A stretch of DNA of 32,000 bases. Source: Candidatus Iainarchaeum sp. GTDB lineage: Archaea; Iainarchaeota; Iainarchaeia; Iainarchaeales; JAZDEL01. The first letter of the stretch is position 1, and every line of letters begins with the position of its first letter. The translations under genes were made by a program, and so were the position numbers. Positions 1 through 6,478 of this stretch are shown piece after piece. Under the pieces are notes generated by a model. It ran no database searches. It worked only from the letters and a program-made list of their open reading frames with translations, and was not told the origin of the DNA. Where the stretch lies: NCBI GenBank assembly GCA_043808785.1, contig JAZDEL010000002.1, positions 60,001-92,000 on the forward strand. Direction: 5' to 3'.

Positions 1-480
1 AATTGCCGCCCATTTTTTCTGTTCGGTGCCCCTCTCATCAAGAACCATCAGTGCAATAACGCAGATTATTATCGCAGGCACAAGCGCGTAAATTATTGAA
101 ATGAATTTCACAACAAACATGGCAAAGAGAGGAAGCATCACAACAGAGGCGATTGCGGCAAAAAGCCCTCCGAGCACGGTAAGCCGTATTGCGTAAAGCC
201 CCATTCCCTTCAAAAGGAACCTGTGCCCCGGCAGAATTGAAATGAAACAATCTTCGCTCGGCGCACCTAGCGCAATGCTCGGCACGAAAGAAACAAAAGA
301 ATTCACAACGCTCATCGAAACAACCATGAGCACCACCGGCAACCCTCCTCCCGCCGCAAAAGAAACCGCAAGCAGGGCGAGCGTGTTTGTGTGAACGCCG
401 GGGATTGCACCCGCAAAAGCCCCGAGCAGGCAGCCGAGGAGTACGCAAAAAATTATTTCGGCAATCAAAAAAACCACCAA
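1..480 (-). CDS. polytopic membrane protein, N-terminal part (gene runs off the left window edge); TctA/DUF112-like transporter family suspected
   Basis: Absent from the ORF track because it is open at the window edge. Hand translation of the minus strand from TTG 480 (or GTG 477) gives (M)VVFLIAEIIFCVLLGCLLGAFAGAIPGVHTNTLALLAVSFAAGGGLPVVLMVVSMSVVNSFVSFVPSIALGAPSEDCFISILPGHRFLLKGMGLYAIRLTVLGGLFAAIASVVMLPLFAMFVVKF... The frame is uninterrupted to position 1 and strongly hydrophobic. The G-x-IPG-x-H-x-N motif recalls archaeal TctA-family proteins (from memory, not searched). The listed ORF 38..487 is on the same strand in the wrong frame. Confidence 0.5.
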   Translation of the reverse strand, partial: MVVFLIAEIIFCVLLGCLLGAFAGAIPGVHTNTLALLAVSFAAGGGLPVVLMVVSMSVVNSFVSFVPSIALGAPSEDCFISILPGHRFLLKGMGLYAIRLTVLGGLFAAIASVVMLPLFAMFVVKFISIIYALVPAIIICVIALMVLDERGTEQKKWAAI

Positions 481-499
481 AAGCCAAACCGCGGTTGGT

Positions 500-868
500 T
501 TAGTTTACAGTTTTAACTTCGCTTACCTCTACCTCAATCGCGCCGTTGTATTTTTTCACAATGCCAGTGATTTCAACATTGCGCCCTTTTGCGAGAATTG
601 CCTGCTCCCTTTCATCCGGGTTCATCACGACAGCGGCAACCCCCTGCCCCGCGCCTATCTGCAGCATCAGCACACCCTTCGACATCCTTGCCCATTTCAC
701 AATGCCTGTTGTTGAAACCTCCTTGCCCAGCATGTTTTCATCTATCTGCCATGCTTCTACCTTTTCCACGCCCGCTGTTTCCCCGAGAATAAGTATTGCC
801 GCAAGCCCCGCAAAGGAGGCAACAAGCGCGATTTTCCTTATCGCAAAATCATCAAGCAACAGTTCCAT
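500..868 (-). CDS. membrane-anchored OB-fold (tRNA_anti-like nucleic-acid-binding type) protein, last gene of the pilus cluster
   Basis: An N-terminal hydrophobic anchor (IALVASFAGLAAILILG) is followed by a pattern typical of PF01336-type OB folds: GKEVSTTGIVKWARMSKGVLMLQIGAGQGVAAVVMN...LAKGRNVEITGIVKKYNGAIEVEVSEV. Confidence 0.6.
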   Translation of the reverse strand: MELLLDDFAIRKIALVASFAGLAAILILGETAGVEKVEAWQIDENMLGKEVSTTGIVKWARMSKGVLMLQIGAGQGVAAVVMNPDEREQAILAKGRNVEITGIVKKYNGAIEVEVSEVKTVN

Positions 869-902
869 GCATAATTATGCGCACGAAACCGTTATTAATT
901 AG

Positions 903-918
903 TTCGTCAATTGACGAA
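903..918. promoter_or_regulatory. perfect 16-bp palindrome TTCGTCAATTGACGAA in the promoter region of the OB-fold gene (candidate operator)
   Basis: Read directly. The arms extend imperfectly to TAATTAGTTCGTCAA/TTGACGAATAATTAG. It lies 35-50 nt upstream of the ATG at 868, next to an AT-rich TATA-like stretch (minus strand CTAATTAATAAC). Confidence 0.35.
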
Positions 919-980
919 TAATTAGGGAAACCGCAAACCCCCTAAAAAACCCGTTATTTCCGCGCGAATTTGGTTTTTGT

Positions 981-1586
981 TCACCCAAGAACCCTGTATT
1001 TCCTTGAAAACGGGATTTTTTTCAGTTTTACTTCCGCGCCCTTTGCGTATTTCCTCTCCGCGTGCACAATGTGCCTGCCGGCATTTGTGAAAGAGAGCAG
1101 GTCATACCGCGTTTCAACAACAGCAAGTTCGCCGTCGCTTAACAGCACCTTTGCAGGCACATATTTCCTGCCGAAAACCATGCGGAAGCATACCACGAAC
1201 ACAAGCAGGAGCGCGAGCAGCAGGGCGAATTGGTAATATCCCGCTTCCCCCTCCCCGAAAATGCCCTGCATTATCCAAGCAGCCTGCACAAACACAAGCA
1301 TGCCGAGGAAGAATATCGCGTACTGCGTGAACTCCTTTGCAAATTCATCCCTGACCTGCGCAAACACAATGTAGAGGTAAAGCGCGCTTAACAGCACTTC
1401 CCCCGCAGGCACCAGCCATCCGAATTCCGAAAAGCGCGCGAAAAGCAGGAGCACCATCAGCACAAGCAGCGCCTGCAGCTGGATTATTATGAACGAGCGC
1501 CAGCTGAAGCCCTCGAAATTTTCCTGAAGAAATTCGCGCAGCAAGGGAATCACGGCCCTGTTATCGGGGCAACTTGGATTGTGCAT
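981..1586 (-). CDS. integral membrane protein with a C-terminal soluble domain, function unknown (pilus-cluster member)
   Basis: 201-aa ORF with about 4-5 hydrophobic helices. An alternative GTG start at 1553 makes a GTGA overlap with the stop (1550-1552) of the upstream pilin-like gene, so the true start may be 1553. Confidence 0.6.
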   Translation of the reverse strand: MHNPSCPDNRAVIPLLREFLQENFEGFSWRSFIIIQLQALLVLMVLLLFARFSEFGWLVPAGEVLLSALYLYIVFAQVRDEFAKEFTQYAIFFLGMLVFVQAAWIMQGIFGEGEAGYYQFALLLALLLVFVVCFRMVFGRKYVPAKVLLSDGELAVVETRYDLLSFTNAGRHIVHAERKYAKGAEVKLKKIPFSRKYRVLG

Positions 1587-1981
1587 AGGTATTTTCCCAG
1601 GACATCCTTCTCGCCGTCAAAATTTATGCTCACCGCATTTTTGAATACAGTGGCATCCATGATGTCTTTGCACACATCGTCAAGCGTTGTGTTGTCTTTC
1701 AAGTATGCCACCTCATCCTTGCCGAACTTCGGGTCGCCGTAAATCTGCATGCTGAGCGATTTGCCAGCCTCCCCGACCTGGTAATCAATCCTCTTTATCG
1801 CGTGCTGCTTATCCAACGTTCCGAGTTCGGCAATGGTTGCCGCCTTCAGTTTTGCAACCGCGTAAGTAGTGTCGTGCACCTGAAAGTACTGCCCCGCAGC
1901 CAGGAACGTTAGCAGAAATATAAGCACAACAAGGATTGCAACCTCGAAACTCAGCTGGCCCCTTTGGTTCATAAGGACCAC
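1550..1981 (-). CDS. pilin-like protein with class III signal peptide (DUF361/EppA-substrate type), minor pilin candidate
   Basis: The N-terminus MVLMNQRG|QLSFEVAILVVLIFLLTFLAAG fits QxSxExxxL after a basic-Gly cleavage site. Confidence 0.75.
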   Translation of the reverse strand: MVLMNQRGQLSFEVAILVVLIFLLTFLAAGQYFQVHDTTYAVAKLKAATIAELGTLDKQHAIKRIDYQVGEAGKSLSMQIYGDPKFGKDEVAYLKDNTTLDDVCKDIMDATVFKNAVSINFDGEKDVLGKYLCTIQVAPITGP

Positions 1982-1984
1982 ATA

Positions 1985-2539
1985 TTACCCTACTGTTATC
2001 TTCCCCGCTTCTTTTTGGACTGGGATGTCATACATCAGCCCCGATATGCTGCCGCTAATTGGGCAAATATTGTTATTGTACGTATTAACGGTTATTCCGC
2101 TCATGAAATTAATTTTGACAGTGCATTTTGTGTAGCATTTTCCGTCAGTTCCGGCGGTGGCTGTGGTGCAAACCAAGTTCCCCGCACTATCTTTGATTTT
2201 TCCGCATATGGTGCCGTTGTTCTCCTTTTGAACGTTTACCTGGTACTCGAACACCGTTATTCCCTCGGAATCGCACCTCAGTTCCGCGCCCTTAGGCACG
2301 AAAACCGAAATGGTTTCCTTCGCCTCGCCGCTGCTCGAGCCGACGTAATTCACTGCATTCACAATTTTCTCCGCGGCAAACCTCGCCTCCCCCAGCCCAA
2401 TTACCCCCCGTGCAGCGCCCCTGCCGATGTCTATCTCGGGCAAAATCAGCGTCTGTATGTAAAGCAGCATGAGTATTATGAGCAGTATGAACTCTATGGA
2501 TGCCTGCCCATTCACGCCCCGAAAAAAAGAACGTTCCAT
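1985..2539 (-). CDS. pilin-like protein with class III signal peptide (DUF361 type), minor pilin candidate
   Basis: The N-terminus MERSFFRGVNG|QASIEFILLIILMLLYIQ fits QxSxExxxL. The gene overlaps the peptidase gene end by 28 nt. Confidence 0.75.
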   Translation of the reverse strand: MERSFFRGVNGQASIEFILLIILMLLYIQTLILPEIDIGRGAARGVIGLGEARFAAEKIVNAVNYVGSSSGEAKETISVFVPKGAELRCDSEGITVFEYQVNVQKENNGTICGKIKDSAGNLVCTTATAGTDGKCYTKCTVKINFMSGITVNTYNNNICPISGSISGLMYDIPVQKEAGKITVG

Positions 2540-3648
2540 AGCAAATCCCCGGCAACCTGCAGCACCAGATATGCGATGAGCACTGCGGGCACGAAAGGCG
2601 CGCTCCTGCTCACAACAATGCGGTCCTCAAGCCTTTTTTCCTTCACAAGCCCCCGAAGCTCTTCCAGCTGCTCCGTGCTCACACCCGCGGCCCTGTGCGG
2701 GCCTGCAATGACCCTGCCCTGCGGCGCAAGCATGTGCAGCAAATCTTCTAACCTATTACCCATTATGTACTTAATAACTTTTTGCATTTGGATGCCCTCG
2801 AGCCTTTCCGCCTTTCCGCCATTTTCAACTATGGTTTCGGCGACAATATCCCCTTCCTGCAGTGCGGTTATTTTCACCTCCTGCCTAAGCACCTTTGTCC
2901 TGCTCATTGTGACGAGTTTTATGGTTGCATAGAGCACAAACAGTCCGAGCGCAATTCCCCCTGCGCCGTAAGCCGCGTTCACAGGGTTCTGCAGCAGAGC
3001 GAACAAAAACGCGGCGGCAACAATCACATACTGCGCGGTTCCCTTAACCAGCCCGAGCGCAATCAAAACAGGCAGCAGCAGTATTGCGGGCAGGCTCAGG
3101 TATGTGAGCACCGCGGAAACGCCCGCAACCGCAAGCCCCGCAATCAGCGCCTGCCTGCCCCTAACCCTGAACTCACGCATCATCTCCGCGCGCAGTTCCT
3201 TCCTTTTTGCAAGTGCATTGATGCTTATTAGCGCTGCGTATGGCGCCATTGAAAAAATGCTGAAAAGGAAAAGGGTAAGCGGAAAAATCGGCTGGGTTAT
3301 TGTGCCAGCGAGCGGCAGCTGCAACCCTAAAATGCCCTGAACCATTGCATAGTTCACGGGGTTAAGTGCGGCAAGCCCCGTCATTAATTTGACATCTCCC
3401 CCAGCCCAGACGCCCAGCCTCCACAACAAATATGACGCCCCGAATGTTACCGCGGTTACAGCCGCAACAACCGCAAAGTGCTCCATTCCCGCCCCGAGCG
3501 CGGAATAAAGCAGCTGCAGCGCCAGCCCGCCGAAAATCAGGGAGTAGGTCAATCGGTTCGGTATTATCCTTGAGCGCAAATCGCTCCATGTGGCGTATGC
3601 GAGCGCGGCGAGCGAAATGCAGAAGAAAATCAGCGGGAACATAAGCAA
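2512..3648 (-). CDS. archaeal prepilin peptidase, A24 family (EppA/PibD-like)
   Basis: Both catalytic Asp motifs are present: ATWSD(23)LRSRIIPN and WAGGD(85)VKLMTG (GxGD type). The protein is polytopic. A soluble segment of about 100 aa (roughly residues 250-350) precedes the last helix. Confidence 0.85.
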   Translation of the reverse strand: MLMFPLIFFCISLAALAYATWSDLRSRIIPNRLTYSLIFGGLALQLLYSALGAGMEHFAVVAAVTAVTFGASYLLWRLGVWAGGDVKLMTGLAALNPVNYAMVQGILGLQLPLAGTITQPIFPLTLFLFSIFSMAPYAALISINALAKRKELRAEMMREFRVRGRQALIAGLAVAGVSAVLTYLSLPAILLLPVLIALGLVKGTAQYVIVAAAFLFALLQNPVNAAYGAGGIALGLFVLYATIKLVTMSRTKVLRQEVKITALQEGDIVAETIVENGGKAERLEGIQMQKVIKYIMGNRLEDLLHMLAPQGRVIAGPHRAAGVSTEQLEELRGLVKEKRLEDRIVVSRSAPFVPAVLIAYLVLQVAGDLLWNVLFFGA

Positions 3649-3661
3649 CCCCCCGCCGCCT

Positions 3662-3741
3662 GCCCGCGCAAAAAGAAAATCAGGGGGGGCAAAAATAACC
3701 CCTCCCCTATAAGCCCGCTGAAAAAGAAAATTGGCGGGGGC
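3662..3741 (-). terminator. two copies of a 29-nt GC-clamped oligo-T element between pilin gene and peptidase gene (candidate attenuating terminators)
   Basis: Plus strand 3662-3690 is GCCCGCGCAAAAAGAAAATCAGGGGGGGC and 3713-3741 is GCCCGCTGAAAAAGAAAATTGGCGGGGGC. On the coding (minus) strand each reads ...ATTTTCTTTTT... flanked by complementary G/C runs. Confidence 0.35.
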
Positions 3742-3753
3742 AAGTAAGCACCC

Positions 3754-3930
3754 TCAGGAGGATTGCATAAGGCTTGAAATCGTGCCGTCCCGCTCCGTAA
3801 TCATCATTTCCTTTGCCTTTCCCGAGACAATCTGCAGGTTAAATGCTATAACTGTTGCCGCCATAACCATTATGACGGCAAACAGCACCATCAGCAAATA
3901 CTCGAACGATACCTGCCCCTTGCTGTCCAT
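3754..3930 (-). CDS. short (58 aa) Flp-sized type IV pilin, class III signal peptide
   Basis: MDSKG|QVSFEYLLMVLFAVIMVMAATVIAF... The ATG at 3930 is preferred over the track's GTG at 3939. Confidence 0.8.
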   Translation of the reverse strand: MDSKGQVSFEYLLMVLFAVIMVMAATVIAFNLQIVSGKAKEMMITERDGTISSLMQSS

Positions 3931-3963
3931 GGGAATCACTGTTACATGCTCGGGCTTTTCGAC

Positions 3964-4140
3964 TTATGTGGTTCCGGCGTGCGTCTTCATATTGCCTATG
4001 CCGTGGGTCACAAGTTCGTTTACCTCGTTGCCCGTCGAGTGCCCAAGCCCCAGTATCAGCACTATCACAACCACCGCAACAAGCACCGCCCCCCCTATGA
4101 GCAGCAGGTATTCAAGTGCGCCTTGTCCTTTCTCATCCAT
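3964..4140 (-). CDS. short (58 aa) Flp-sized type IV pilin, class III signal peptide; major pilin candidate
   Basis: MDEKG|QGALEYLLLIGGAVLVAVVVIVLILG... The ATG at 4140 is preceded by a strong Shine-Dalgarno sequence AAGGAGGT (4148-4155, minus strand) and its own TATA box. The track start at 4182 would overlap that TATA box. Confidence 0.85.
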   Translation of the reverse strand: MDEKGQGALEYLLLIGGAVLVAVVVIVLILGLGHSTGNEVNELVTHGIGNMKTHAGTT

Positions 4141-4180
4141 TTTTGCAACCTCCTTAGGTTTATTACCATTACATGTTTTC

Positions 4181-4190
4181 AATATTTAAA
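4181..4190 (-). promoter_or_regulatory. TATA box (TTTAAATATT on minus strand) of the internal pilin promoter
   Basis: Read directly. It lies about 45 nt upstream of ATG 4140, leaving room for a leader of about 20 nt that contains the Shine-Dalgarno sequence. Confidence 0.45.
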
Positions 4191-4215
4191 CCTTTTTACG
4201 CGCTTTTTAACCCCG

Positions 4216-4389
4216 CTAGCCGAACTTACCCGCGGTGTTTTGCGCAAGTTCGTTAGCCTCGGGCGCAATCTGCTCCCTGACCATTGTTTTCAGCAGCCAC
4301 ATGATAACGAAAGCGAAAAGTATTATCCCCGCAAGCAGCAGAAGCAGTTCCATGCTTGTCTGCCCCCTCTCATCAAGACCGCGCATCAT
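4216..4389 (-). CDS. short (57 aa) Flp-sized type IV pilin, class III signal peptide (not in ORF track, below size cutoff)
   Basis: Hand translation gives MMRGLDERG|QTSMELLLLLAGIILFAFVIMWLLKTMVREQIAPEANELAQNTAGKFG*, with stop TAG at 4216-4218. The ATG at 4389-4387 overlaps the TGA (4388-4386) of the upstream platform gene as ATGA. Confidence 0.75.
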   Translation of the reverse strand: MMRGLDERGQTSMELLLLLAGIILFAFVIMWLLKTMVREQIAPEANELAQNTAGKFG

Positions 4390-5333
4390 GCACCCACGCC
4401 CCCCACCATAAGCCCCGAAACAACCTGCGACAGCATGTAAACCACATATGCTATTAGCAATAGTATTGGGAAGTATATAATGCTTTTGTTCATATTGCCC
4501 TCGCGCATGAGCGACATCATAATGCTCGTGGCAACTATCTCTATGAATATGTAAATCTGTATTGCCGAGGCAATTGTGCCCGCCGCCTTCTTCGCGGCAT
4601 CCGCCCTCGCAACCTCAACAGCCCCTGCGGACGCATTTATTAGCACGTTCAATATAGTCCCCACAAACCCGAAAATCATCGGTGCGACAATCGCCCCCGC
4701 CGCAACCATAAACAGCACCTGCATCATTGTCCTGCTTTTCCTCTCCCTGCCTATCCTGTGCATTGCCCTCACATCCTCTGAAATCTGGTCGAGGATATCC
4801 GCAAGCCCCGCTCCCGAGTGCACGGCATCCGTAATTATTGTCACAGTCCTCCTCACAAGCTGCGAGTTCACGTTATCGCTCAAAGTCCTCAGGGAGTTCT
4901 CGAAATTCTCCCCCTCCTCAAGCTTCCTCAAAACAGTGTCCATCTCTTTCTTCAGCGCCCCGTATTCCGACATCGCAACCTCGCGCAGCGCATACTCGTA
5001 GGTGCCGCCCGCCTTCAGGGTGTCGGCCATCTGCTTCAGCGCATCCGGCAGCGTTTCCTCTATTGCCGAAACCCTCTGCATCGCCATCAGGTAAGGGTAG
5101 CCGAGCATTACATCAAGCACGACAATGGAAAACACCGCGGCAATATGCGGCAGTTCCGGGAAGAACACAAAACACCCGAACCCCGCAACAGCGGAAACAA
5201 CAAGCGAAATCAATATCCAGAGCGTTGCGTCAACAGCGAACCCCGACTGCTCAAGGTTATCGGAGTACGACCTCACGGCCTTTATCCCGTTCAGCACGGG
5301 AATTTTCCTTGCAAGTCTCCACTGCATTTTCAC
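4386..5333 (-). CDS. type II secretion system F-domain platform protein, TadC/EpdK-like
   Basis: 315 aa with an N-terminal TM segment, a cytoplasmic helical domain (LPDALKQMADTLKAGGTYEYALREVA...) and C-terminal TM helices, which is the single T2SSF-domain architecture. The GTG start at 5333 overlaps the upstream stop as GTGA. Confidence 0.8.
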   Translation of the reverse strand: MKMQWRLARKIPVLNGIKAVRSYSDNLEQSGFAVDATLWILISLVVSAVAGFGCFVFFPELPHIAAVFSIVVLDVMLGYPYLMAMQRVSAIEETLPDALKQMADTLKAGGTYEYALREVAMSEYGALKKEMDTVLRKLEEGENFENSLRTLSDNVNSQLVRRTVTIITDAVHSGAGLADILDQISEDVRAMHRIGRERKSRTMMQVLFMVAAGAIVAPMIFGFVGTILNVLINASAGAVEVARADAAKKAAGTIASAIQIYIFIEIVATSIMMSLMREGNMNKSIIYFPILLLIAYVVYMLSQVVSGLMVGGVGA

Positions 5334-6478
5334 ACCTTCGGCTGCGAAACCATGAGGTAAAGGATGAGATATCCCAGCACCATAGGCATCACAAGTACAT
5401 AAATAATCATTATAAGCAGCGGGTCAAGCTTCATTCCCCCGAACCCGACAGGCGCGTTCGTAATCCCGCCGATTATCGCGATGAACACCGGCGCAACAAT
5501 CGCGCCGACAATGAAAATCACCCCGAAGAAGTTTATCTTCTCCCCGAAATCACGGACCTTCATCCTGAGTTCGAAAGAAACATCCTCCGCAATCGTGCCC
5601 ATTATTGTCGAGAGGTTCCCGCCAGTTGTCATCGCCCTTATGGTGTGCATCAGTGCGCTCCTCAGCGCCTTGGACTGCGTGCGGTTCGCAAAGTTCCTCA
5701 ATGCGTCCTTTGTGTCAACGCCCTCCTCTATTTCATTTATGGTGCGCGCAAACTCCTCGCTCAAAATCCCGTAATCCGAAGTCGCAACAGCCTGCAGCGT
5801 CTTGTAAAGCCCTATTCCCGCGCGCAACTCGCTCGCCATATGCCTCAGCGCAAAGGGCAGTTCCGCGCTTACCGCATCTCCCCTCCTGTTTGCAGCGCTC
5901 TTCGGCAGGAGCAGCATGCCTATTTCCGCGAATATGAAAACCGCAATTCCCCCCGGCAGCGCTATGATTATAGGCACATTCGCAAAAAGCGCTATTGCCG
6001 CGAAAAACACCGCGCCAAGGACAAAAGCAATAAGCCCCACAACCGCGGTTATGGCAAGATACTGCCCTGTGCTGAACTTCATGTTCGCGCTGTAAAGGTA
6101 ATACCCCAGCTGCTGCGTAACCGGAAACTTCTTCAGCAGCACGGTTATCGGTTTCGTTATTCCCTGCAGCGCAAGGTAAATTTTCCCCAGCCGCTGCACC
6201 AGGGGGTTCTTGAACTCCGCAAGCTCCTCGACGCCCTGCACACTCACCTTTGCGGTTTCCCCCTCCGCAATCATCCCCCTTAAATCCCTTAACTTTCCGC
6301 CGACCTGCTCAAACTCCACGCCCTGCTCCACGTACTTCTTCTTCATCTTGCTTACTATGCGCTCCACTTCCTCGACATCAACAGCCTCATCCTGCTTTGC
6401 CTCCGGTTTCTGGAAAGCCTTTGCCCCGGCCTTCTTCTTTTCCTCAACCCTTTTCCTTATCTGGTCAAGACCTGGCAT
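5330..6478 (-). CDS. type II secretion system F-domain platform protein, TadB/EpdJ-like, with N-terminal cytoplasmic extension
   Basis: T2SSF-like core: ELPFALRHMASELRAGIGLYKTLQAVATSDYGILSEEFARTINEIEEGVDTKDAL, plus flanking TM helices. The ATG at 6478 (MPGLDQIRK...) has an upstream GGAAGGGGGA and is preferred to the track start at 6544. Confidence 0.8.
   Translation of the reverse strand: MPGLDQIRKRVEEKKKAGAKAFQKPEAKQDEAVDVEEVERIVSKMKKKYVEQGVEFEQVGGKLRDLRGMIAEGETAKVSVQGVEELAEFKNPLVQRLGKIYLALQGITKPITVLLKKFPVTQQLGYYLYSANMKFSTGQYLAITAVVGLIAFVLGAVFFAAIALFANVPIIIALPGGIAVFIFAEIGMLLLPKSAANRRGDAVSAELPFALRHMASELRAGIGLYKTLQAVATSDYGILSEEFARTINEIEEGVDTKDALRNFANRTQSKALRSALMHTIRAMTTGGNLSTIMGTIAEDVSFELRMKVRDFGEKINFFGVIFIVGAIVAPVFIAIIGGITNAPVGFGGMKLDPLLIMIIYVLVMPMVLGYLILYLMVSQPKV

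Noticed and set aside
38-487. 149-aa minus-strand ORF from the track (Cys/Arg/Phe-rich: MAFGGFFDCRNNFLRTPRLP...).
   Set aside because: Its composition is not protein-like. Shifting one base on the same strand gives an uninterrupted, strongly hydrophobic membrane-protein frame running off the window edge (feature 1..480). The listed ORF is therefore an out-of-frame shadow.
2512-3648. Unusually long (378 aa) prepilin peptidase with extra helices and a soluble insert of about 100 aa, considered as a novel fusion.
   Set aside because: EppA-type archaeal prepilin peptidases, which process exactly this QxSxE pilin class, are known to be larger than FlaK/PibD. Without an alignment, the extra length is not evidence of novelty.
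4838-6283. 481-aa plus-strand ORF (Arg/Ser/Pro/Gln-rich), along with similar long ORFs at 1964..2932 (+), 19926..20942 (+) and 27655..28467 (-).
   Set aside because: All lie antisense to genes with clear family motifs (T2SSF platform proteins, peptidase and pilins, NrdD-like, cdc48). They have the low-complexity R/S/P composition typical of antisense frames in GC-rich coding DNA.
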